Part shown: one piece after another, positions 26,416-35,560 of the stretch
Layout: the number at the start of each line of letters is the position of its first letter
Position numbering within the stretch: position 1 is the stretch's first letter
Notes under the pieces: generated by a model
Database searches by the model: none
Seen by the model: only the letters and a program-made list of their open reading frames with translations
What the model was told of the DNA's origin: nothing
Source of the DNA: an uncultured Clostridia bacterium
GTDB lineage: Bacteria > Bacillota > Clostridia > Oscillospirales > Ruminococcaceae
Direction: 5' to 3'
NCBI GenBank assembly: GCA_947624575.1
Contig: CANQKY010000001.1
Span: 4,964 to 68,963, forward strand
DNA: 64,000 bases
Translations under genes and position numbers: made by a program

Positions 26416-27126
26416 GTGGGCATACTGGACGGAATCGTAGAATGGATCGCGGAGCAGGTCATGCATGGATTGGATCTGATCAATTCATCGGTTTTGGGCG
26501 CATTGGGCTGCAATATGAACACCTTTCTGCGGTATTTTCCGGCTGCCGACACCATGTATAAAATATTCGTGGCGCTGGCAATCGGGCTGATACTTTTGAA
26601 TTGGGTATGGCAGTTGTTTAAGAATTACGGATTATCCGCCGGAATTGAGGCGGAGGATCCGATCAAGCTTTCGCTGCGCTCGATTCTCTTTATTTTGATC
26701 GTCTATTTTTCGGATCAAATTGTAGATACGGTTTTGAAGATCGGCGGAACACCGTACAGCTGGATTTTGAACTCGGAATTACCGCCGCTGGACTTTGCCA
26801 GCTTCAACAGTGTGCTGCTGGTCATTCTCGGCGTCTGTGCGAGCGGCGCCGTGTCAATCATCGCGCTGATCCTGATCCTCATTCTGGCATGGAACTATAT
26901 CAAATTGCTGTTTGAGGCAGCGGAGCGGTATATCATGCTCGGTGTTTTGGTTTATACAGCTCCTGTGGCTCTGGCAATGGGAGCATCGCAGACGACAAGT
27001 AATATTTTTAAAAGCTGGTGCCGCATGTTCGGCGGTCAGGTCTTCTTGCTTTTGATGAATGCATGGTGTCTGCGGCTGTTTACTTCCATGGTCGGCTCAT
27101 TCTTGTCTAATCCCTTATCTTTGTAA
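26416..27126 (+). CDS. Polytopic membrane protein, VirB6/TrbL-like candidate
   Basis: 236 aa with about five hydrophobic helices. Located between the pilin-like gene and VirB4. Confidence 0.5.
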   Translation: MGILDGIVEWIAEQVMHGLDLINSSVLGALGCNMNTFLRYFPAADTMYKIFVALAIGLILLNWVWQLFKNYGLSAGIEAEDPIKLSLRSILFILIVYFSDQIVDTVLKIGGTPYSWILNSELPPLDFASFNSVLLVILGVCASGAVSIIALILILILAWNYIKLLFEAAERYIMLGVLVYTAPVALAMGASQTTSNIFKSWCRMFGGQVFLLLMNAWCLRLFTSMVGSFLSNPLSL

Positions 27127-27138
27127 AAGGAGGATGTA

Positions 27139-28050
27139 ATGAAACGAAAAGCGTTTATCATATCCGTTGTCGCTGCTGTCTGTCTTTGCACCGTTTCCGC
27201 ACTTGCACTGACGGAAAGCGAAGTACAGCAGCAGGTCGATAGCGTCGGGCGCGAAGCAGTCACGGGGAATATCTTTATATGGTTCTTGTGTGCGATTGCC
27301 TTTTTGAAGATATCGCAAAAGATCGACAGCTTCATGTCCTCGCTGGGCATTCATGTGGGTCATACCGGCGGCTCCATGCTTGCAGAAGCACTGATTGCAA
27401 TGCGCGGTGTCGGCGTTGCAAAGAGTATAGCGGACGGACGCACAGGCGGTTCTTTCGGCGGCGGATCGTCTGCCGGATCGTCCGGTGGCTCCGGCTTTAT
27501 GAGCGGCGGTCTTGCCGGTGTGGTAAGCCGTAAATTCACCCATAATGCCGTGCAAAACGCTACGGGAGCGAAGGATGGCGGCATGGCAGGTGTTGCCTAT
27601 AACTCCTCTGTGAACAAGGGAGGCGGATTTGCCAACCGCGTGATCGGCAATGTGGCAACCGGGAATATTGCGGCAACAGGTTCTATCAGCGGTGAAAAAG
27701 CGCCGGATGCGCTTATGTCGTATCTGGGATATACCGCTCTCGGAAAAGATGCCGAAGATGTTCCGTCCTTTTCCAATGTGGAGATCGGCGGCGGTCGCAT
27801 TACGGCGACCGAAACCTCGTCAGAGCATCCGGAAGGGATCGCTATGGCAATGTACCATACAGATCAATATGCCGCTCCGGAAGGCGACTATACGACTGTA
27901 ACAGCGGCAGACGGTACAAGCTGGTATAAACAGTATGCGACAGAGGCTGTAGAACGAAAGCCCTATAAAGCACCGGACGGCACGGTTGCTTACCACGAAA
28001 ATGTGGTCAAGAAACTGCCGAAAGCACCGCCCAGGAAGGATAGGCTGTAA
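27139..28050 (+). CDS. Secreted/membrane Gly-Ser-rich protein of unknown function
   Basis: Signal peptide MKRKAFIISVVAAVCLCTVSALA. GGSFGGGSSAGSSGGSG linker. Confidence 0.45.
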   Translation: MKRKAFIISVVAAVCLCTVSALALTESEVQQQVDSVGREAVTGNIFIWFLCAIAFLKISQKIDSFMSSLGIHVGHTGGSMLAEALIAMRGVGVAKSIADGRTGGSFGGGSSAGSSGGSGFMSGGLAGVVSRKFTHNAVQNATGAKDGGMAGVAYNSSVNKGGGFANRVIGNVATGNIAATGSISGEKAPDALMSYLGYTALGKDAEDVPSFSNVEIGGGRITATETSSEHPEGIAMAMYHTDQYAAPEGDYTTVTAADGTSWYKQYATEAVERKPYKAPDGTVAYHENVVKKLPKAPPRKDRL

Positions 28051-29444
28051 TGGAGCGGGAGAAACAACCGGCATCTGAACCGCTCAAAAAGGGCGCACAG
28101 GCGGTAAATGCCGTTCGTGGCGCCGTGAAGACGGGCAAAGCCATTGCCGGAGCTGCAAAAGGTGCGGCAGTCGGGGGACCATACGGCGCGGCGGCAGGCT
28201 TTGTTTTGGGAAACCGTAAGCTGATTGGAGGAATCGTGATCGCAGTTATTGCGGTGATGTTGATTCCCGTTGTGTTGATCTGTATGCTTCCGCCGCTGAT
28301 TTTCGGCGGCTTCACAAGCGCCTTTTCTCCCGATGATCCTGCCGTTTCGATTTTGAACAGCAGTATAGCGGTGAATACCAATATAACGGATATATCCGTT
28401 TCGGTCAGCACGGTGCTTTCCGAAAGCCTAACCGATCTGTTGGCGCAGATCGATGCCGACTTTACTTCGTCGGGTGCAGATCAAAAGGAGATCATCAATC
28501 CGTATGAAAACGCGCCGACATTTAACGCAAACCGGTTTGTCGGACAATACTGCGCATCTAAAAGTGAGGACTTTCAGGCGATCTCCATTCAGGATATGGA
28601 GAGTACGCTGCGGCAAAATAAAGACAAGCTGTATTCTTACAGCAAAACAATCGAGGAGCGCACCAATCTCACCACAACGGTCACAGCAGATCCCGTTACC
28701 GGACAGGAAATCGAAACGACTACTTCCGCAACGGAAACTTGGGCGACCTATATCATATCCTACAACGGTGAATCCTATTTTGCCGACGCAGTATTTCGTC
28801 TGACCGATGAACAAAAGGCGCTTGCGGAGGATTATGCACAAAATCTAAGCCTGTTTTTGGGCGATAGTATGTTCCAGCGTTTGCCGGAAGGCTATCAAAG
28901 CACGCAATCATTGGGAGATATCCGTTTCACAGACGGACAAACGGCTGTCGTCTATTTTAATCAGCTGGATGAACGGTACGCGCATAAACCGTATGGGTTA
29001 GACAATATCGGCGGTTACGGGTGTGGTCCTACGGCTATGGCTATTGTAGTGTCATCGCTGACAGGCGATACAGTTGATCCGATCCAAATGGCGGAATGGT
29101 CGTACCAAAACGGCTATTGGTGTTCCGGAGGCGGTTCCTATCATGCGCTGATCCCGGCTGCGGCAGAAGCATGGGGCTTGCCGGTTGAAGGCTGTAATGC
29201 CGAGGAAGGGCAGAGGATCGTCGATGCGCTTGCAGACGGGAAACTGGTAGTTGCCATTATGATGAAAGGACACTTTACGAGCTCCGGGCATTTTATCGTT
29301 CTGCGCGGTGTAAAGGACGGGAAAATTCTTGTGGCAGATCCGGCAAGTTACACCCGCAGCGAGCAGGAATGGGATCTCTCGGTCATTCTGCGCGAGGCCA
29401 GTACCCGTGCGGCGGCAGGAGGACCGTTTTGGATCATAGGTTAG
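28050..29444 (+). CDS. T4SS-associated cell-wall hydrolase candidate with C-terminal papain-like (C39-type) cysteine peptidase domain
   Basis: N-terminal TM region. C-terminal YGCGPTAMAIVVSSL ... SSGHFIVLRGVKDG pattern (Cys/His). Confidence 0.5.
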   Translation: MEREKQPASEPLKKGAQAVNAVRGAVKTGKAIAGAAKGAAVGGPYGAAAGFVLGNRKLIGGIVIAVIAVMLIPVVLICMLPPLIFGGFTSAFSPDDPAVSILNSSIAVNTNITDISVSVSTVLSESLTDLLAQIDADFTSSGADQKEIINPYENAPTFNANRFVGQYCASKSEDFQAISIQDMESTLRQNKDKLYSYSKTIEERTNLTTTVTADPVTGQEIETTTSATETWATYIISYNGESYFADAVFRLTDEQKALAEDYAQNLSLFLGDSMFQRLPEGYQSTQSLGDIRFTDGQTAVVYFNQLDERYAHKPYGLDNIGGYGCGPTAMAIVVSSLTGDTVDPIQMAEWSYQNGYWCSGGGSYHALIPAAAEAWGLPVEGCNAEEGQRIVDALADGKLVVAIMMKGHFTSSGHFIVLRGVKDGKILVADPASYTRSEQEWDLSVILREASTRAAAGGPFWIIG

Positions 29445-29465
29445 TGATGAAAAGAGGTTATGACT

Positions 29466-29630
29466 ATGTTCTGTATTATTTCATTTATTGCCGGCGGCTT
29501 ATTCGGCGTGGTATTTATGTGCCTGTTTCAAATAAACCGATATGAAACGGAGAGAGAATACCGCATGGAACAGTCCGGTATGGAAAATGGCAAAGGAGAA
29601 TATGATGCATCAGCCGGAAGAACAATATGA
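29466..29630 (+). CDS. Small membrane protein (DUF3789-like), not in ORF track
   Basis: 54-aa ORF with an AGAGG RBS 8 nt upstream. Hydrophobic N-terminus MFCIISFIAGGLFGVVFMCLFQ. Confidence 0.45.
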   Translation: MFCIISFIAGGLFGVVFMCLFQINRYETEREYRMEQSGMENGKGEYDASAGRTI

Positions 29631-32439
29631 CGCTTATCTGATCCCTCCAAACTTTATGGAAGGCAGCACATTGTTTGGCGGGGCTTTCAAATTACGGAAT
29701 GTCATAGAGGCAGGTGTACTTGTTGCCGCAGTCGGCATTCCTGTGTTTATGCTTCGGCTTACTCTTACCGTCAAAATTATCGTGCTTTGTTTGACTGCTC
29801 TGCCGATTGGTCTGCTTGCTTTGATCGGTATTTCGGGTGAATGCCTGTCTTCCTATGTTCTCGCCTTTTTCAAGTTCTTGAAAAACCGGCGTGTGATAGG
29901 GAAAACAGCCGAGCAGCAACCGAAAGGATCGGCAAAGGAGAAAAAAGCAGAAAGCAAAAAGGTGTGTCTGCGCAGACAGGCAGAGGTGTCGAATTACCTC
30001 AATCCCTGTGCGGAATATCTGCCGATTGAGAAGATCGAAAACGGCATCATCTATATGAAAGACCACCGCTATATCAAAATCATAGAGGTCGTGCCGATCA
30101 ACTTCCTTCTGCGGAGCGCCAGAGAGCAGCGCAGTATCATCTATTCCTTCATCTCCTACCTGAAAATCAGTCCGGTCAAGCTCCAGTTTAAGGTGCTGAC
30201 AAAACGGGCAGATATCAATAAGCATGTGGAAATCGTGCGTCAGGAGATGGAGCGGGAAACCGATCCGCATTGCCGGGATCTGCAGGAGGACTACCTTAAG
30301 CTGATCGGCAGGCTCGGTTCCCGCGAAGCTACGACCCGCCGCTTTTTCATTGCCTTTGAATACGAGTCTGTGGGCAGGCGAAACGCAAACGAGGAAGCGG
30401 ATGCCGTTTCTTTTTTGCAAATTGCAGCCCGTACCGCTGTCAATTACTTAAAGCAGTGTGGAAATGAGGTGTTGACGCCTGAAAACGAGGATGAGTTTAC
30501 GGCAGAGGTATTGTATAGTATTCTCTGTCGGCAGGAAAGCGCAGGGCAGCCGCTTTCGCAGCGGGTGCAAGATGTCGTGTCGCAGTATATGACAGCCGGT
30601 ATGGATACGGATCATATTCCATGCACTGAGTTTTTTGCTCCGGGAACCATCGACTTTACGCACGGCAAATATATCTGCGTGGATGGGCGGTACTATTCCT
30701 ACCTGCTGATACCGTCTTACGGATATAAGTCAAAAGTGAATGCAGGGTGGCTGAGCTTGCTTGTCAACGCCGGAGATGGGATTGACATTGATCTGTTTCT
30801 CACCAAACAGCCCAAAGAGCGTATGGTGCAGAAGCTCGGTCAGCAGCTCCGCATCAACCGGTCAAAGATCAAAGAAACCAGCGATACCAATACAGACTTT
30901 GACGATCTGGACGGCGCGATCCGCAGCGGTTATTTCCTCAAGGACGGTTTATCCAACAACGAGGATTTCTACTACATGAATCTGCTGATCACCATGACCG
31001 CAGAAACCGTGGAGGATTTGGAGTGGCGTGAGCGCGAGATGCGCAGGCTGCTGATTTCGCAGGACTTAAATGTTTGCACCTGCTCTTTTCGTGAAGAGCA
31101 GGCATTTTTATCGGCTCTGCCGCTGACAAACTTGGAAAAGCATTTGTATGACCGCTCCAAACGCAATGTACTGACAACCGGTGCCGCAAGCTGCTATCCC
31201 TTTACCGCTTATGAGCTAAGCGATGATAACGGGATATTGCTCGGCGTCAATAAATTCAATAATTCGCTTGTCATTGTGGATATCTTCAATTCAATGGTCT
31301 ACAAGAATGCGAATATAGCGATCCTCGGCACTTCCGGAGCAGGCAAGACCTTTACCATGCAGCTGATGGCGCTTCGAATGCGGCGGAAAGGCATACAGGT
31401 GTTTATGATTGCTCCGTTGAAAGGGCATGAGTTTCACCGCGCCTGCCAGAATATCGGCGGTGAGTTTATTCAAATTTCACCGGCGTCAAAGAACTGCATC
31501 AATGTTATGGAGATCCGCCGGACGGATAAAACTGTGGACGAGCTGCTGGACGGCGGCAGTATGGAAAAGTCCGAGCTTGCCGCCAAAATCCAGCGGTTGC
31601 ATATTTTCTTTTCGCTTCTGATACCGGATATGTCCCATGAGGAAAAACAGCTTTTGGACGAGGCGCTGATTGTCACCTACAACCGCAAAGGCATTACCCA
31701 CGATAATACCTCGCTGGACGATCCCGATCACCCCGGGCATTACAGAGAGATGCCGATTTTGGGCGACCTTTACGAAGTGCTGAAAGGGAGTGCGGACACC
31801 AAACGGCTGGCGAATATTCTCAACCGCCTTGTGAACGGCTCGGCAAGCACCTTCAATCAGCAAACCAATGTCCGGCTGGATAATCAGTATACCGTGCTGG
31901 ATATTTCGGAGCTGTCGGGTGATCTGCTGCCGGTTGGTATGTTCGTGGCGCTTGACTATGTGTGGGATAAGGCAAAGGAAAACCGCACACAGGAAAAAAC
32001 CATTTTTATCGATGAGTGCTGGGCGCTGATCGGCGGATCGGGCAATCGGCTTGCTGCGGAATATGTTTTGGAGATCGCAAAAATCATTCGCGGCTATGGC
32101 GGCTCTGCCGTGTTTGCCACACAGGATCTCAACGATTTCTTTGCACTGGAGGATGGCAAATACGGTAAAGGCATCATCAACAACTGCAAAACCAAGGTGG
32201 TGCTGAATCTGGAGGACGAGGAAGCCGGGCGTGTGCAGTCTATCCTTCATCTATCGGAAGCCGAGGTCATGGAGATCACCCACTTTGAGCGCGGGAACGG
32301 GCTTATCAGCACAAACAACAACAATATCACGGTGGAGTTCAAGTGCAGCGATTTGGAAAAAAGCCTGATCACCACCGACCGTCGGGAATTACAGGAGCTG
32401 GTGAAACAAAGAAGGCAAGGGCAGACCGGCATACCCTAA
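29602..32439 (+). CDS. VirB4-family T4SS ATPase with N-terminal VirB3/PrgI-like TM segment
   Basis: Walker A GTSGAGKTF, Walker B TIFIDECW. Two TM helices near the N-terminus. Start probably ATG 29602/29605 after AAGGAG (track start 29542). Confidence 0.85.
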   Translation: MMHQPEEQYDAYLIPPNFMEGSTLFGGAFKLRNVIEAGVLVAAVGIPVFMLRLTLTVKIIVLCLTALPIGLLALIGISGECLSSYVLAFFKFLKNRRVIGKTAEQQPKGSAKEKKAESKKVCLRRQAEVSNYLNPCAEYLPIEKIENGIIYMKDHRYIKIIEVVPINFLLRSAREQRSIIYSFISYLKISPVKLQFKVLTKRADINKHVEIVRQEMERETDPHCRDLQEDYLKLIGRLGSREATTRRFFIAFEYESVGRRNANEEADAVSFLQIAARTAVNYLKQCGNEVLTPENEDEFTAEVLYSILCRQESAGQPLSQRVQDVVSQYMTAGMDTDHIPCTEFFAPGTIDFTHGKYICVDGRYYSYLLIPSYGYKSKVNAGWLSLLVNAGDGIDIDLFLTKQPKERMVQKLGQQLRINRSKIKETSDTNTDFDDLDGAIRSGYFLKDGLSNNEDFYYMNLLITMTAETVEDLEWREREMRRLLISQDLNVCTCSFREEQAFLSALPLTNLEKHLYDRSKRNVLTTGAASCYPFTAYELSDDNGILLGVNKFNNSLVIVDIFNSMVYKNANIAILGTSGAGKTFTMQLMALRMRRKGIQVFMIAPLKGHEFHRACQNIGGEFIQISPASKNCINVMEIRRTDKTVDELLDGGSMEKSELAAKIQRLHIFFSLLIPDMSHEEKQLLDEALIVTYNRKGITHDNTSLDDPDHPGHYREMPILGDLYEVLKGSADTKRLANILNRLVNGSASTFNQQTNVRLDNQYTVLDISELSGDLLPVGMFVALDYVWDKAKENRTQEKTIFIDECWALIGGSGNRLAAEYVLEIAKIIRGYGGSAVFATQDLNDFFALEDGKYGKGIINNCKTKVVLNLEDEEAGRVQSILHLSEAEVMEITHFERGNGLISTNNNNITVEFKCSDLEKSLITTDRRELQELVKQRRQGQTGIP

Positions 32440-32516
32440 TACGGATCGAGTGCATGTGATGCACACGAAAGCAACCTGGCTATATGTAACTTTTCTTACA
32501 CAGATGAATATACTGG

Positions 32517-32545
32517 TTGACAAAGGGATATAATTATGATACAAT
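32517..32545 (+). promoter_or_regulatory. Near-consensus promoter of the phd-type antitoxin gene
   Basis: TTGACA, 17-nt spacer, TACAAT. Confidence 0.6.
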
Positions 32546-32570
32546 CAGGTCATGAAAAGGAGATGTTACC

Positions 32571-32828
32571 ATGCCTCAAATTATTCCCATTAAGGACTTG
32601 AAGAAGACCAGTGAACTGTCGCAGATGTGCAAGGAAGCTACAGAACCGATCTATATCACGAAAAACGGTTATGGAGATATGGTGATTATGAGTATGGAAA
32701 TGTATGAGCAAAAAATGTTCCTGCTTGAGGCTTACGCAAAACTTGCCGCTGCGGAACAACAGGTTCAGGACGGAAAGGTGCTGGATGCCGGTGACGGGCT
32801 CAAAAGCATAAGAGAAATGATAAAGTAG
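32571..32828 (+). CDS. Phd/YefM-family antitoxin
   Basis: MPQIIPIKDLKKTSELSQMCKEATEPIYITKNGYGDMVIMSMEMYE is a typical Phd/YefM N-terminal domain. AAGGAGA RBS. Confidence 0.75.
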   Translation: MPQIIPIKDLKKTSELSQMCKEATEPIYITKNGYGDMVIMSMEMYEQKMFLLEAYAKLAAAEQQVQDGKVLDAGDGLKSIREMIK

Positions 32829-33022
32829 ATCAGTGCTATGCCCGTCTTCGTGAGAATCCGTTTATCTATGCAACCAGTGATGATGCCCGGCTTGCAAAAG
32901 AAGGATACCGTAAAGCACTGATTAAAAACTATCTTCTCATGTTCAAAGTGAACGAATCTGAGAAAACGGTGATAATATACCGTTTTTTCTACGGTGCGAG
33001 GGATTATTTCACACTGCTCTAA
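32829..33022 (+). pseudogene. 5'-truncated ParE/RelE-family toxin gene
   Basis: The open frame encodes ...DKVDQCYARLRENPFIYATSDDARLAKEGYRKALIKNYLLMFKVNESEKTVIIYRFFYGARDYFTLL*. It has no in-frame start until about 27 codons before the stop. The N-terminal ~35 aa of the family are missing. Confidence 0.55.
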
Positions 33023-33099
33023 AAACAACTGAATACAAGACGAAAAGCGTTCGGTTATTACTTGCCGGACGCTTTTTCTATGCCACAGGAGGTTTCACT

Positions 33100-33624
33100 A
33101 TGAAAACCAGAGAACAAATTTACAATCGTGAAGCAGCTGAGATCTTGCGGGATATCACCACCTACCACTACATCCGGCATGAACAGCTTCTGCGGCTTTA
33201 TCCGCAAAAGAGAAGGGAAGTGATCGACAATCTGCTCTCCTACCTTCTGCGGCAGGGACGCATTTTCTATGATCCGGTTCGGGACTGGTATCATGACGGG
33301 ACGGAGGAGTATGCCGATCTGGAAATGCTTGCCGCTCTATGGATACTGGCAGATTTCATTGACCGAACGGAATACCATTCGGCTACGGATTTTCCAATCA
33401 AGCTGCTTTTCTTTGCCGAGGGCGAAACCTATGAGGTTATCTATGTTCCGGCTGAAAAGGAAACGCTGATAGAACAGGCGCTTTTGCAGTCCGGCGAGGA
33501 AAACGGTAAACGCATTCTGATTATCGAGGACACATTGCAAATCGAACGCCTGCATATTGCAGATGTCGTCGCCTATTGTACCGTATCCGACACAGGTGAA
33601 ATTCAATATTACAAACATAAATAG
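33100..33624 (+). CDS. Conserved-looking ICE protein of unknown function
   Basis: 174-aa ORF with an AGGAGG-like RBS. No recognised catalytic motif. Confidence 0.45.
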   Translation: MKTREQIYNREAAEILRDITTYHYIRHEQLLRLYPQKRREVIDNLLSYLLRQGRIFYDPVRDWYHDGTEEYADLEMLAALWILADFIDRTEYHSATDFPIKLLFFAEGETYEVIYVPAEKETLIEQALLQSGEENGKRILIIEDTLQIERLHIADVVAYCTVSDTGEIQYYKHK

Positions 33625-33634
33625 GAGGAATTAC

Positions 33635-34297
33635 TTGAACCAACCTGAGCTATCCCAAAAGATAAAGCAGATTTTCGGAGAGGTTTCTCAATTGGCATCT
33701 ACGCTTTGTGCGATGGATCATACCGATCTCAAAAACTATCCGGATAACTATGAACTGCTTTCAACCGATGCCGCACTGCGGGGCGAACTGATCGCCTGCA
33801 AGCTGCGGCATTTGATTTACAGTACCACAAGTCTGAAAAAGGGCGAGTATCTTACAGCCGCCGCTGTTGTGCAGGGCATTCGCATATCCGACAATGGCGG
33901 TGTGCTGGAAATCACTTTGCCGAGCCTGCTCCCGAAACGCAAGCAAAGGCGAGGTGCCGAATTTCTGACCGATCCGCTCTACTTTGCGTTGAGTCAATAT
34001 GCGGATAGCCACACCCTTTCCAAATACAGTCATTGCGTGGTCTGCTTTTCGCATATATACAGCCGTGACCTGCCAAGCCGCCGTGTCCGTGACTATGATA
34101 ATTTGGAACTGAAACAGTTACTTGATGTCATTGCAACTTTTCTAATGGAAGACGACAGCGGACTTTTGTGCGATGCTTATAATACAACAGAGCTTGGAGA
34201 TTATGACTGCACCCGCATCTCGGTGATGGGGAAAGACCGCTTTCCGGACTGGATCAAAGAGCGTGAAAACCGCTTAAAATCCATATCCGATTTTTAG
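33635..34297 (+). CDS. Hypothetical protein with weak RusA-like acidic motif
   Basis: TTG 33635 lies 6 nt after an AGGAGG RBS (track start 33557 rejected). The segment RRVRDYDNLELKQLLDVIATFLMEDDSGL resembles the D-x-D-N...DD pattern of RusA-type resolvases. Weak evidence. Confidence 0.4.
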   Translation: MNQPELSQKIKQIFGEVSQLASTLCAMDHTDLKNYPDNYELLSTDAALRGELIACKLRHLIYSTTSLKKGEYLTAAAVVQGIRISDNGGVLEITLPSLLPKRKQRRGAEFLTDPLYFALSQYADSHTLSKYSHCVVCFSHIYSRDLPSRRVRDYDNLELKQLLDVIATFLMEDDSGLLCDAYNTTELGDYDCTRISVMGKDRFPDWIKERENRLKSISDF

Positions 34298-34495
34298 CTG
34301 TTTTTCGGGTGATCGGATGGGACGGTGCAAGGGGGATAAAAACCGGCGGCATAGCAAGGCTTTTCACCCTTCCGCACTGCCCGTTTTGTACCGGGGTTAA
34401 TCGTGGTTGGGTAATTTTTCGCAAAGGAGGCGATCCATATTCATTCACCAGACAGTCTGCCCGGAAAGAACACAATTGCTTACCGCCTGCTCGGT

Positions 34496-35560
34496 TTGGT
34501 CGCCGTTTTGGGCGAGTTTCCGACCGATCAGCTGCCTCGGCTTTCAGGCGGCGACAGTTATAAAGTCAATGTGGTGAAGGCGCTCAAAGCGCATCGGCTA
34601 TTGCGCACCTATTACGCTGACGGACAAAGAGCCTATCGGCTGACCTCCCGTGCAAAATCGCTTCTCACCGCCGACAATCCAAATCGGTTTGCCTTTGCGC
34701 TGACAGGTTCAGCCGAAACCAACCACATCAAATCAGAACTCACACGCCGCCTGCGCTTACACCGAATTGCGGAAGCCACCGTCACCATGCAAAACGCCGG
34801 CGTTCGTATTTTCCGTGATGAAAAGCCGGATGTTTTTTCTCCCGACCGGGAAGAAACAAACCGGATCAACCTGCCCGCTTTTTATAACTCCCGCGAGATC
34901 AAGGCAATGGGTACGGTGTTCGTAAAGATACACGGTGCCCGTTCGGTGGGCGTCCTGCTGACCGAAAATGAAATCCTCGTTGCATATAACCTTGGCGGCT
35001 CTCTGATGAAGTGGAGCTACAAAGCAGAAATGCGTACAAAGGCTCTGATGAAAACTGTTTTGTGCCGTGAGCGGCTTCCGAACCTGTACTCGCCCGATGC
35101 GGTACAAGGTCTGTTATTTGGGAACGATATGGATCTGGCGGCAGAAATCCTTGCCGGCGAAAGCGGCAAGCAATACTTCCTTTTGGACGGCAATTACGGA
35201 CATTTCTATTATCTCACAAATGATCGCAAGGGAGAACGGCTGTTAAGCCTTCTGTGCCGTGAGGAACTGCGGGAGCGATTAGACGAGATTCTGCTGACTG
35301 ATCTTTATGAAGCAGATGAGGGCATGACTGTCGAGAACGACGCTTTGGACGAAAACGGATCGCCTGTGCTGCTCGCCTACACCTGCGACCTGCCGAGGAT
35401 CAAGCGGTTTGATACCGCTTTGCAGTTGCAGAACAAAACCGGTACGGTCATTTGTTTTGATTTTCAAAAGGACGCACTCTGCCGATGCTGCGGCGAAGGA
35501 GTACAATTTCAGACCATAGATTTTAAGAAATGGGAAAGGAGCTTTTTTGAACCACCGTAA
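34496..35560 (+). CDS. Hypothetical ICE protein (possible wHTH; replication-relaxation-type candidate)
   Basis: The ORF is open upstream to an AAAGGAGG RBS at 34423-34430, so the real start may be a non-ATG codon near 34433-34439. No relaxase motifs recognised. Confidence 0.4.
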   Translation: MVAVLGEFPTDQLPRLSGGDSYKVNVVKALKAHRLLRTYYADGQRAYRLTSRAKSLLTADNPNRFAFALTGSAETNHIKSELTRRLRLHRIAEATVTMQNAGVRIFRDEKPDVFSPDREETNRINLPAFYNSREIKAMGTVFVKIHGARSVGVLLTENEILVAYNLGGSLMKWSYKAEMRTKALMKTVLCRERLPNLYSPDAVQGLLFGNDMDLAAEILAGESGKQYFLLDGNYGHFYYLTNDRKGERLLSLLCREELRERLDEILLTDLYEADEGMTVENDALDENGSPVLLAYTCDLPRIKRFDTALQLQNKTGTVICFDFQKDALCRCCGEGVQFQTIDFKKWERSFFEPP

